64,000 nucleotides of DNA from Spirochaetia bacterium (GTDB taxonomy: Bacteria; Spirochaetota; Spirochaetia; SZUA-6; Bin103): positions 4,192,001 through 4,256,000 of the forward strand of contig CBDBDQ010000005.1 of assembly GCA_965203905.1 (NCBI GenBank), written 5' to 3'. The translations under genes and the position numbers were made by a program. Positions 54,229-63,410 of this stretch are shown in pieces. The number at the start of each line of letters is the position of its first letter. Position 1 is the first letter of the stretch. The notes beneath the pieces were generated by a model that saw only the letters and a list, made by a program, of their open reading frames with translations, was not told the origin of the DNA and did not search any database.

Positions 54229-55194
54229 ATGGGCGACCCATCCAGACCGCAGTCCAAACCCCGGCCCTTTCTGGTCGACCTGCTGCGGCGGCTGGTGCGG
54301 GAGCGCCCGCTGGGGGCGGCGAGCGCGGTGGTCATCCTGCTGCTGGCGGTGGTCGCCATCCTGGCCGACGTCCTGGCGCCCTTCCCGTTCGCCGAGATGC
54401 ACCTGGTCGACCGGCTGGGCGACCCGTCGGCTACCTACCTGCTGGGCACCGACCAGCTCGGCCGCGACGTGTTGAGCCGGCTGGTGTACGGCGCCCGCAC
54501 CTCGCTCGGGGTGGGCTTTGCCGCCACCCTGCTCAGCACCCTGGTGGCGCTGCTGGTCGGCGGCGTGGCCGGCTTCGTCGGCGGCAAGCTGGACATTCTC
54601 GTGCAGCGCTTCGTCGACGCCTGGATGTCCTTCCCCGGCCTGTTGCTGCTGCTGACGATCATCACCATCGTCGGCCAGGGCATCCTGCAGATCATCGTCG
54701 TGCTCGGCGTCACCTCCGGCATCGGCAACTCGCGCGTGATCCGCAGTGCCGTGATCGGCATCAAGGAGAACCCCTACTTCGAGGCCGCGCGCGCCATCGG
54801 CAGCGCTCCCTGGCACATCCTGAAGCACCACGTGTGGCCGAACATCACCGCGCCGGTGATCGTCGTGTTCTCGATCACGATCGGCGGCATCATCATCGCG
54901 GAGGCGTCGTTGAGCTTCCTGGGGTTCGGCCTGCCGACCACGGTGCCGAGCTGGGGCGGCATGCTGAGCCGCGAGGGGCGTCAATTCATGGAGATGGCGC
55001 CGCGTCTGGCGATGTGGCCGGGGGTGTGCCTGACGGTGGTGGTGTACTGCCTGAACATGTTCGGCGACGCGGTGCGCGACCTGCTCGACCCGCGGCTGCG
55101 GGGCGGTGGCGGCGGCGCCGGCCTCGGCAGCGGCGGCATGAGCGCCCGCGCCATCGAAGGCGCCCGCCGCGCCCTGCACAAGGCGGCGGGGTAG
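54229..55194 (+). CDS. ABC permease (DppC-like)
   Basis: LGTDQLGRDV, YFEAARAIG, EASLSFLGFG, GDAVRDLLDPR. Confidence 0.9.
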   Translation: MGDPSRPQSKPRPFLVDLLRRLVRERPLGAASAVVILLLAVVAILADVLAPFPFAEMHLVDRLGDPSATYLLGTDQLGRDVLSRLVYGARTSLGVGFAATLLSTLVALLVGGVAGFVGGKLDILVQRFVDAWMSFPGLLLLLTIITIVGQGILQIIVVLGVTSGIGNSRVIRSAVIGIKENPYFEAARAIGSAPWHILKHHVWPNITAPVIVVFSITIGGIIIAEASLSFLGFGLPTTVPSWGGMLSREGRQFMEMAPRLAMWPGVCLTVVVYCLNMFGDAVRDLLDPRLRGGGGGAGLGSGGMSARAIEGARRALHKAAG

Positions 55195-55203
55195 GCGGGC
55201 CGT

Positions 55204-55275
55204 ACCTGTTGCCTCACCCAAACATCCACACGAAATAAAACGGGTGCCTCATGCAAATATCCACACGAAACAGGT
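55204..55275. repeat. Two imperfect 26-bp direct repeats within short inverted ends
   Basis: TGCCTCACCCAAACATCCACACGAAA and TGCCTCATGCAAATATCCACACGAAA, bounded by ACCTGTT/AACAGGT. Confidence 0.6.
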
Positions 55276-55414
55276 GGCGGTAAAGGGGTGGGTGATCCTC
55301 ATCGAACTCCCCCAACTGCCTCGATCCAGGCGAGCGCCTCGGCAAGAGCCGAATCGAGACCGGAGACCGACTGCGCTACTCGGGTCTAACCGCCGCAAGG
55401 CTCGCGAACCCCGA

Positions 55415-55786
55415 TCACGGCCGCGTTGCGACCCGGCGGAGTCTTATGCGTCCGGCGCGATAGACGGCGATAATCGGTGGCGTCCAGTCGATCTCTTCCG
55501 CTATTAGCGCGTCGATATCAGCTATCACGTCATCCGGTCGACGCCCTCCAGGTCTCATATACAAGATCCCCGTGAACGGTTCACCGCGATGCACGGCCAA
55601 TGTCCCAAAATCTGAATCATGGGTGATCACGAATCGAGACAGTGCGTACGCCCTTGCCAATATCTCGCTGTCAGTGGAATGGCCCCACCGCTCCTCGTGA
55701 GCCGAGATGACTGCGACGCCCCGTTCCCGGAGGAAGTGAACGACCGGAACCGCGATATTCATGTCAGCCACAAGTGGCGGCAGCAC
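55415..55786 (-). CDS. DUF5615 PIN-like toxin
   Basis: ADMNI, DSEIL, ITHDSDFG. Confidence 0.85.
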   Translation of the reverse strand: MLPPLVADMNIAVPVVHFLRERGVAVISAHEERWGHSTDSEILARAYALSRFVITHDSDFGTLAVHRGEPFTGILYMRPGGRRPDDVIADIDALIAEEIDWTPPIIAVYRAGRIRLRRVATRP

Positions 55787-55787
55787 A

Positions 55788-56039
55788 CTAACGAACCGCC
55801 CCCGCCCGTTTCACTTCGATTATGACATCATTGTGAATTGCCTCTGCTGCGTATTGGATCGCTGATGTAACGTCGTCAATCGTGAGTTCAGGATACGAAT
55901 CAACGATCTCGTGCTGCGACATCCCATCAGCCAGCAAGCCCAGGATATGATCAACACTCAGGCGGGTTCCTTCGATAGTCGGCTTACCACCAAGGATTTC
56001 CGGATTGAGTACAATGCGGCGCACGGCTCCAACCTCCAC
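55788..56039 (-). CDS. DUF433 antitoxin
   Basis: NPEILGGKPTIEGTRLSV...YPEL..DDV. Confidence 0.9.
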   Translation of the reverse strand: MEVGAVRRIVLNPEILGGKPTIEGTRLSVDHILGLLADGMSQHEIVDSYPELTIDDVTSAIQYAAEAIHNDVIIEVKRAGAVR

Positions 56040-56124
56040 CGGACAGTACTACGGACACGTGAACACAATGTAGCATACCGGTGGCATATTCGCTCGGCAC
56101 GGGCAGGCCGGCTGAGGCCGGCAG

Positions 56125-56549
56125 CCGCTGGGGGCGGCGAGCGCGGTGGTGATCCTGCTGCTGGCGGTGGTCGCCATCCTGGCCGACGTCCTTGGCGCCC
56201 TTCCCGTTCGCCGAGATGCACCTGGTCGACCGGCTGGGCGACCCGTCGGCCACCTACCTGCTCGGCACCGACCAGTTCGGCCGCGACGTGCTGAGCCGGC
56301 TGGTGTACGGCGTCCGCACCTCGCTCGGGGTGGGCTTTGCCGCCACCCTGCTCAGCACCGTGGTGGCGCTGCTGGTGGGCGGCGTGGCCGGCTTCGTCGG
56401 CGGCAAGCTGGACATTCTCGTGCAGCGCTTCGTCGACGCCTGGATGACCTTCCCCGGCCTGTTGCTGCTGCTGACGATCATCACCATCGTCGGCCAGGGC
56501 ATCCTGCAGATCATCGTCGTGCTCGGCGTTACCTCCGGCATCGGCAACT
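56125..56549 (+). pseudogene. Internal fragment copy of the DppC-like permease (54307-54730)
   Basis: Near-identical DNA with one extra T near 56191; ends at GGCAACT. Confidence 0.85.
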
Positions 56550-56588
56550 ATCTTTCGCCAGGCTGGGTGGGACTGGAGAGAACGATGA
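56547..56588 (+). pseudogene. 3' remnant of a HicA-like toxin gene
   Basis: TIFRQAGWDWRER* resembles HicA C-termini; its stop overlaps the hicB start (ATGA). Confidence 0.65.
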
Positions 56589-57001
56589 ACTACCCGGTCG
56601 TGATCCACGAGGATGCGGACAGTGACTTTGGCGTGACAGTGCCGGATCTCCCGGGCTGTTTTTCCGTTGGCCAAACGATGGACGATGCCCTTACGAATGC
56701 CGCCGAGGCCATCATCACTCATGTAGAGGGGCTTCTCCTGGATGGCGAGCCCATTCCGGAGCCAACAAAGATCGAATCACATCGGGCCAACGCTGACTAT
56801 AGCGACGGCACATGGGCCATGGTGACCTTGGACCTCTCACGGGTGAGTGGCAAAGCACGGCGCATCAACGTCACCATTCCCGAACGAGTTCTGTCACGGG
56901 TGGACGACTATGCGAAGGAGACAGGTGATTCTCGATCGGGTCTGATGGCCGCCGCGGTGCTGGAATATATCAGCCAACGGCTCGAGAAAGAGGTGAGCTG
57001 A
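56585..57001 (+). CDS. hicB: HicB-family antitoxin
   Basis: YPVVIH, GVTVPDLPGCFS.G, EAI..H, C-terminal RHH (RINVTIP). Confidence 0.9.
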   Translation: MNYPVVIHEDADSDFGVTVPDLPGCFSVGQTMDDALTNAAEAIITHVEGLLLDGEPIPEPTKIESHRANADYSDGTWAMVTLDLSRVSGKARRINVTIPERVLSRVDDYAKETGDSRSGLMAAAVLEYISQRLEKEVS

Positions 57002-57226
57002 CAGATCCGGCTGCAAACCAGTCGCCCGAGGAGGCCAATTCCTCGGTCGCGCCGCTTCGGCAACGGTTTCGTGCGAAGCGACCGACGAGAGGCATTGGCA
57101 CGGTGGCAGGAGCGGTGGCGGTTCCCTGAGGGCCGCTGGGCTGAATCGTCGCGGACTCCGGACGCCGCGCCCCAAGCTGTCCAGAGCACAGCCGCCGTGC
57201 ACAGGGCAGCCGCGGGCTCGCTCGCC

Positions 57227-58010
57227 ATGGCGCGGCGACGTTTCGATCTACGCCCAGCGCAAGGCGGTCACGTTTGGTGAGCTCCGAGTCGTTGACAGGG
57301 CGCCGCGCCCATGCAAGCATGCTTGGCCTGGGGTCGACGGATGCCCATGAAGCGCCATGATGACAGTCAGCGCAGTGACGGGTTGGCGGTGACGCAGCCG
57401 ATGCACCCCCCCCCACCCACACTTTTCGAACCGACGAACAACTAACCGCTCCGGCTGATCGCCCCGTACGCAACCCCGCGCACGCCGTCGCCTTCACTAC
57501 CGCCGTAGCTGTCGGTGGCACCGGCTCCGTCCATCGCCGAACCGGCATGCGGGCCGCCCGCACCGTTATCGTCGACCGCGACCGTGCCGGATCCGCGCCC
57601 GCGACTGACTGCCGGCAAAACCCACCTCCGGCGTCGCCGGTCAATCAGACTCGCTGCTTCGCCGACCACCGCCGCGCGGGCGTTGTGACGCAGGTCCCGA
57701 CCTCCGGCGAGCGGTCGGCGTTTGCACGATCGGGCGCCCACCCGCTGCGCGCACCGCACCCCATCTTACGTCTATTGCCCACCCGAGACAGGCAGCTTCC
57801 GTCACGCATCTGGCAGGGCACCCTGTGCCCCAAGAGAGAGAGGTGCAAAATGATACTCAAAGAATCTCACGCGCGCGCGGCGTGAGCCCGGGTGAACCCG
57901 GCTGAGTCACACGCCGCGCGCTTCACAAATTGACTCAGACTGGCCGTCCGCGTTGCGGGCCCGAGAGTAGCCAGGGAGCGGCAGTCCGCTCCGCAATACT
58001 CCAAAAAACC
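57227..58010 (+). promoter_or_regulatory. Conserved SBP-operon leader, copy B (longest; short ORF 57347-57445)
   Basis: Shares blocks with copy A (e.g. CATCTGGCAGGGCACC, GATACTCAAAGAA, GCGCGGCGTG hairpin, CGAGAGTAG, ATACTC) and with copy C. Confidence 0.65.
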
Positions 58011-58028
58011 TGATTTATGGAGAAAACC

Positions 58029-59858
58029 ATGAATGTTATCGTAAGCATCACCAGGAGCTTCGCAGTTGCGTTGGTCCTGGTGCTGGCCGCGACCGGCCTC
58101 TGGGCCGCTGGCGCTGAAGAGCAGCCGGCAGCCGCTGCCGACAAGAAGTATGTGACCGACCCCGCCACCGGCGAGGTGGTGGTGGCGCCACAGTACGGCG
58201 GGACATTGACCATCGCCCTGACGTCAACGCCCCCGGAAGTGGACAGCTGGTACGGGCATCCTTCGATGAGCGCCTACACTGGCGATGTAGAGAGGCTAGG
58301 CATCGCGAACTGGGGAATAGATAGGAGCGTGAATGATCTTAAAGGCACCTTCAGGTCTCCAGAAGTCCTCGTAGGGTTGCTGGCTGAAAGCTGGGATATT
58401 TCCCCGGACGGCCTCACCTATACCTTCCACATCCGCAAGGGCGTTCACTGGCATAATGAGGCGCCGGTGAACGGTCGGGAGCTAACTGCCTATGATATCG
58501 AATATAACTATCACCGCTATTTAGGTCTGGGCAGCGGCTTCACCGAAGGTAGCCCCTTTCTTGCCCAGTGGGAAGCACTTGACGATGTGGGAATCGAATC
58601 GATAACGGCCACCGACAACTATACGGTTGTTTTCAAGCTGGCGCGGCCACACCTCGATGCGCTGAAGGTTATCGTGATCACCAACCCTGCTGTTATCAAT
58701 GCTCCCGAGGTAATCAAGGAATATATAACTACTGAGGAGCCACACGGCCCTATTCCGGATTACAGGGCCCTGGTCGGCACCGGGCCCTTTATGCTGATTG
58801 ACTTGATCGAGGACACATCTATGACCTGGACCAAGAATCCTGACTACTGGCGCTACGACGAAAAGTACCCGGAGAACCGCTTGCCCTATGTCGACGAGAT
58901 AAGGGCCCTGGTTATACCAGAAGAAACAACACGTCTGGCGGCACTGCGCTCGGCTAAGATTGATCACATGGGTTGGATGTTTGGTAGTAATATTTCTATC
59001 GAGGTGGCAGAGGGCCTCAAGCGGACCAACCCGGAACTCCTGCTGCACGAGACTTCATTAGGTTCAATGAGTACTGCTTTTTTCAACACGCGCATTCCAC
59101 CCACTAACGACATCAGGGTGCGCCACGCAATGCAAATGGCACTGGACCTCGAGACCATTAACAATACCTACTTTAAGGGTGAAGCAAGTACGACACCTGA
59201 GGGGTGGTTAGGGAGAGGTTTGGTCGGGTATGTCACCGCATTTGAAGACTGGCCGGAAGACATCAAGCAATACTACAGGTATGACCCGGAAGGCGCAGAA
59301 GCGTTGCTTGATGAGGCTGGATATCCGCGCGGTGCCGACGGCATTAGATTCGGGACCGACTTGGAGGTCAGGTGGGATCCGGCGGGATTTTCATATGATT
59401 TGGGCTTTTTTGAAGTAGCCGCGCCATACTGGAAAGAGATTGGCATTGATGTAGAGGTGAAGCCGCTCGAAACGGCTGTTTGGGCCGCTCATATACGAGA
59501 AGCTACTTATGAAGGTCTCACCAGTCATAGCAACATGGAGTTCAGCCCTATCATTCCGCTAACACTACTTCTCTCGACCTCAACATGGAACATGCCCTTA
59601 ACACAGGACCCGGTTTATGACGCTATGGTTGAAGCCGTCCTCGACGCTACCACCCATGAGGAGCAGCAGAGGCTGGTTAGTGAGGCAAATATGTACATTA
59701 CAACAAACCACTGGCAGTTGTGGGGTCCTAGAGTACCTCAGTATAGAGTGAGCCAGCCGTGGCTCATCGGTTATAACGGTGAAGTGCCAGTGCAAGGTCT
59801 TAACATCCTCGCCCGCCTCTGGATTGACTCAGAGCTGAAGGCAGCAATGGGTCATTAG
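58029..59858 (+). CDS. Family-5 ABC substrate-binding protein
   Basis: Signal LWAAGAEE, PQYGGTLT, LAESW, GTGPF, ENRLPYVD, DIRVRHAM. Confidence 0.9.
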   Translation: MNVIVSITRSFAVALVLVLAATGLWAAGAEEQPAAAADKKYVTDPATGEVVVAPQYGGTLTIALTSTPPEVDSWYGHPSMSAYTGDVERLGIANWGIDRSVNDLKGTFRSPEVLVGLLAESWDISPDGLTYTFHIRKGVHWHNEAPVNGRELTAYDIEYNYHRYLGLGSGFTEGSPFLAQWEALDDVGIESITATDNYTVVFKLARPHLDALKVIVITNPAVINAPEVIKEYITTEEPHGPIPDYRALVGTGPFMLIDLIEDTSMTWTKNPDYWRYDEKYPENRLPYVDEIRALVIPEETTRLAALRSAKIDHMGWMFGSNISIEVAEGLKRTNPELLLHETSLGSMSTAFFNTRIPPTNDIRVRHAMQMALDLETINNTYFKGEASTTPEGWLGRGLVGYVTAFEDWPEDIKQYYRYDPEGAEALLDEAGYPRGADGIRFGTDLEVRWDPAGFSYDLGFFEVAAPYWKEIGIDVEVKPLETAVWAAHIREATYEGLTSHSNMEFSPIIPLTLLLSTSTWNMPLTQDPVYDAMVEAVLDATTHEEQQRLVSEANMYITTNHWQLWGPRVPQYRVSQPWLIGYNGEVPVQGLNILARLWIDSELKAAMGH

Positions 59859-59954
59859 CGTTTTCACACCTTTGTGGCTTAGCAAAAAGGGTGTCAGGGA
59901 GGTTGCGTGCGGAGCGCGCCTCCCGGCCCCTCACTTATTGAATAGGATGGCCCC

Positions 59955-60914
59955 GTGAAAGCCTATGTCATCAGGCGGTTATTGCTGATAATCCCCACCC
60001 TGTTTATATTGACCGTCCTGGTCTTTCTCTCGGTGCGCTTCATCCCGGGCGATGCAATAGACTTGATCTTTGCTGAGATGGGAGGCAGAAGTCAAAATAC
60101 GGACCGTGAAGCTCTTTTGCATATGCTGGGATTAGACGTTCCTGTCCACGTGCAGTATGGACGCTGGATAGGAGATATTTTTCTGCACGGCACCCTTGGC
60201 GAATCATTGTTTGGCGGCTATTATTCGATAGAGGAGAGGATATTACTTAGATTGCCGGTGACCATTGAGCTTGGCGTCTTGGCACTCGTAATCGGGCTAG
60301 CGATAGCGCTGCCAGTCGGCATCTACTCGGCAATTCGCCAGGATACTGCCGCCGACTACTTGGGGCGCTCCGTCGCCATCATGGGCCTGGCAACGCCTAA
60401 CTTCTGGCTGGGAATCATGGTCATGATCTACCCGGCAATCTGGTGGGGCTGGTCGCCACCGATGGAGTGGGTTCCTTTCACGGAAGACCTGCTGGGGAAT
60501 CTCGGGATTCTCATCATTCCCAGCCTGATTCTGGGGACGGCACTTTCCGCGGCCACCGTGCGGATAACGCGCACCATGATGCTGGAGGTGCTCAGGCAGG
60601 ACTATATCAGGACGGCCTGGTCAAAGGGTCTCAAGGAGAGGGTAGTTGTTATGAGACACGCCGTCAAGAATGCGCTCATCCCGATAGTCACCCTAATAGG
60701 TCTGCAGTTGCCGATCCTGGTCGGAGGCGCCGTGATCGTGGAGAGTATCTTCAACCTGCCCGGGATCGGTCGTCTCTTGGTGAATGCACTCCAAAGGAGA
60801 GACTACCCGGTGGTCTCCGGAGTAAACCTGTTCTTCGCCACCGGGGTCGTAGTGATCAATCTGATGATCGACCTTGTCTATACTTTCTTGGACCCCAGGG
60901 TCCGTTATAAATAG
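59955..60914 (+). CDS. ABC permease (DppB-like)
   Basis: Lower-GC paralog of 53169-54134. Confidence 0.9.
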   Translation: MKAYVIRRLLLIIPTLFILTVLVFLSVRFIPGDAIDLIFAEMGGRSQNTDREALLHMLGLDVPVHVQYGRWIGDIFLHGTLGESLFGGYYSIEERILLRLPVTIELGVLALVIGLAIALPVGIYSAIRQDTAADYLGRSVAIMGLATPNFWLGIMVMIYPAIWWGWSPPMEWVPFTEDLLGNLGILIIPSLILGTALSAATVRITRTMMLEVLRQDYIRTAWSKGLKERVVVMRHAVKNALIPIVTLIGLQLPILVGGAVIVESIFNLPGIGRLLVNALQRRDYPVVSGVNLFFATGVVVINLMIDLVYTFLDPRVRYK

Positions 60915-61859
60915 ATGGAAATAACAGGTATGAGTGAGGCCACGGGGATAGCATCAGGAGTAAGGGAGCCAAAGAGACGTGCCGGTCTGGCTGATTTCTT
61001 TATCAGGCTGGTCAAGGAGAAGCCATTGGGTACTGCCAGTGGGATTATCATAATGCTCTTGATTCTTGTCGCTATCTTTGCTGATGTTGTGGCCCCTCAA
61101 TATAATGAACACCACCTCGAAGACATAATGAAGGGCCCGTCAGCCCGGTATCTCCTGGGCACCGACCACTATGGGCGAGACTTCTTGGGCCGCCTAATCC
61201 ACGGGGCTCGCATTTCGTTACTTGTCGGTCTGGCCGCGACCGCTCTCAATGTTGTGGTCGCTACCCTGATAGGCGGCACTTCCGGATTCCTTGGTGGTAA
61301 ATTGGACATCGCTGTGCAGAGATTTGTCGATGCCTGGATGGCTTTCCCGGGACTGCTCCTGTTGTTGACCATAATGTCCATAGTGGGGCGGGGCATACCA
61401 CAGATAATACTGGTCCTGGGAATATCAGGAGGGATCGGCGGCTCAAGATTGGTCAGAGGTGCCGTTATCGGCATTAAAGAGAGTGTTTATTTTCAGGCGG
61501 CGGAGGCGATTGGCTCCTCAAAATGGAGAACACTTATCCGACGCGTGCTGCCCAATATCATGCCTGTCATAATTATCATATTCAGCATAAGCATAGGGGG
61601 CGTGATCCTCTCTGTGGCTTCTCTGAGCTTCCTCGGATACGGTCTGCCGATCGACGTTCCTGACTGGGGAGGTATGCTTAGCCGGGAAGGGCGTAGGTAC
61701 ATGGAGTTGGCCCCAAGGCTGGCTCTCTTGCCTGGTCTTTGCCTGACTATTACCGTTTACTGTCTAAACATGTTCGGCGACGCGGTGCGGGACCTCGTTG
61801 ATCCAAGGCTAAGGGGTGCTGTCGGACGTTTCGGCGCTGACAGCGCCACGTCGCTTTAG
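60915..61859 (+). CDS. ABC permease (DppC-like)
   Basis: LGTDHYGRDF, ASLSFLGYG, GDAVRDLVDPR. Confidence 0.9.
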   Translation: MEITGMSEATGIASGVREPKRRAGLADFFIRLVKEKPLGTASGIIIMLLILVAIFADVVAPQYNEHHLEDIMKGPSARYLLGTDHYGRDFLGRLIHGARISLLVGLAATALNVVVATLIGGTSGFLGGKLDIAVQRFVDAWMAFPGLLLLLTIMSIVGRGIPQIILVLGISGGIGGSRLVRGAVIGIKESVYFQAAEAIGSSKWRTLIRRVLPNIMPVIIIIFSISIGGVILSVASLSFLGYGLPIDVPDWGGMLSREGRRYMELAPRLALLPGLCLTITVYCLNMFGDAVRDLVDPRLRGAVGRFGADSATSL

Positions 61860-61949
61860 GGCCGGCGCAAATATAAATCCACGTAGATAGACGTAATCAA
61901 GCCGTTATCGGTACGCTGGATGGCGGTATGGACGCGGTAGGACGGTTTG

Positions 61950-62197
61950 TTGTGGCGTTTCTGGCTACTACACTCTTGATGAACTCATCGACTTCGGCCA
62001 ACACGGGCTGTGGTCGTTCCACGACGTGCGGTTCTCGGCCGCCGGTACCCTGCTGGCCACCACCACAGCGGTGGTCAGCGCTGCGCCAGCGGGACAGTTC
62101 AGCGAGGAGTTGGACAACCTGCTGCACGTCGGTATTCAGGATGCCTGCGCAAGCTCGTCCAGCAGCGCAAGCTGACGCGCCAGAAGGTTGGCGGGCT
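61950..62197 (+). mobile_element. Fragment of a transposase-associated (ISAzo13-like accessory) ORF at the duplication junction
   Basis: YYTLDELIDFGQHGLWSFHDVRFS..GTLLAT...ELDNLLHV..QDA/LRKLV; family recognised from memory. Confidence 0.45.
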
Positions 62198-62365
62198 ATA
62201 ACGGGGAGATATCGCTCGGCATGCAGGGCCAGTTCTTGACGCTGACGGCCCGCGTCTGGATCGATCAGGATCTGAAGCGGGAGATGGGATTCTGATTTAG
62301 CTGTTGGCACATGACGAAGTGGGATGGCGGCGCAGGCCGCCGTCCCACACCCGAGCCCGCCTGCA

Positions 62366-63331
62366 ATGCGAACCTACATCATCCGCCGCGTCCTGCTGCT
62401 GATTCCGACGTTCCTGCTGCTGACGGTCCTGGTGTTTCTCTCGGTGCGCTTCCTGCCCGGCGACGTCGTCGACGCCATGATGGACCGGCTGTCGAGGCGC
62501 GAAGGCGGGATGGAGCACTTCGACCGCGAGCGGGTCGAGCGCATGCTCGGGCTCGATGTGCCGGCGCCGGTGCAGTACGTACGCTGGCTGGGCGGCATCT
62601 TCCTGCACGGCACCCTGGGCGAGTCACTCCTTGGCGGAGTTGCGGTCGAAGAAAAGATCATCGGCCGGCTGGCGATCACCGTCGAGTTGGGCGTGCTGTC
62701 CATCCTCATCGGCCTGGTGATCGCGGTGCCGGTGGGCATCTACTCGGCGGTGCGGCAGGACACCGCGGGCGACTACGCCGGCCGTTCCATCGCCATCATC
62801 GGCCTGGCCACGCCCAACTTCTGGCTCGCCACCCTGGTGCTGACCTTTCCCGCAATCTGGTGGGCGTGGGCGCCGCCGCTGCGCATGGTGGCGTTCGCCG
62901 ACGATCCGCTGCGCAACCTCGGTCACCTGTTCATTCCCAGCCTCATACTGGGCACCTACCTGTCGGCCACCGTGATGCGCATGACGCGCACCATGATGCT
63001 GGAGGTGCTGCGCCAGGACTTCATCCGCACCGCCTGGGCGAAGGGACTGCGGGAGCGGGTGATCATCCTGCGGCACGTGATCAAGAACGCGCTGATCCCG
63101 GTGGTGACGCTGATCGGGCTGCAGTTGCCGATCCTGGTCGGCGGCTCGGTGATCATGGAGAACATGTTCGCGCTGCCGGGTCTTGGGCGGCTGATGCTGG
63201 AGGCGCTCACCGCGCGCGACTACCCGGTGGTGTCGGGCGTCAACCTGTTCTTCGCGACCGCGGTGATGACGATCAACCTGTTGATCGACATCCTGTACGG
63301 CTACCTGGACCCGCGGGTGCAGTACCGTTAG
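62366..63331 (+). CDS. ABC permease (DppB-like), duplicate of 53169-54134
   Basis: Protein differs by only a few residues. Confidence 0.9.
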   Translation: MRTYIIRRVLLLIPTFLLLTVLVFLSVRFLPGDVVDAMMDRLSRREGGMEHFDRERVERMLGLDVPAPVQYVRWLGGIFLHGTLGESLLGGVAVEEKIIGRLAITVELGVLSILIGLVIAVPVGIYSAVRQDTAGDYAGRSIAIIGLATPNFWLATLVLTFPAIWWAWAPPLRMVAFADDPLRNLGHLFIPSLILGTYLSATVMRMTRTMMLEVLRQDFIRTAWAKGLRERVIILRHVIKNALIPVVTLIGLQLPILVGGSVIMENMFALPGLGRLMLEALTARDYPVVSGVNLFFATAVMTINLLIDILYGYLDPRVQYR

Positions 63332-63376
63332 GAGGCTGGCGCGTGCGACAGACTCCTGACGAACGGTGGGGAAGGG

Positions 63377-63406
63377 CCGAAAGCGGCGCCGTGGCGCCGC
63401 TTTCGG
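63377..63406. other. Perfect palindromic hairpin just before the permease start
   Basis: CCGAAAGCGGCGCC-GT-GGCGCCGCTTTCGG. Confidence 0.65.
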
Positions 63407-63410
63407 GGCG

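Noticed and set aside
55210-55270. Possible mini CRISPR array
   Set aside because: Only two imperfect repeats with a 9-nt gap, and no cas genes.
56192-57001. Permease-HicB fusion protein
   Set aside because: Better explained as a permease fragment joined to a hicA remnant; hicB has its own ATG and RBS.
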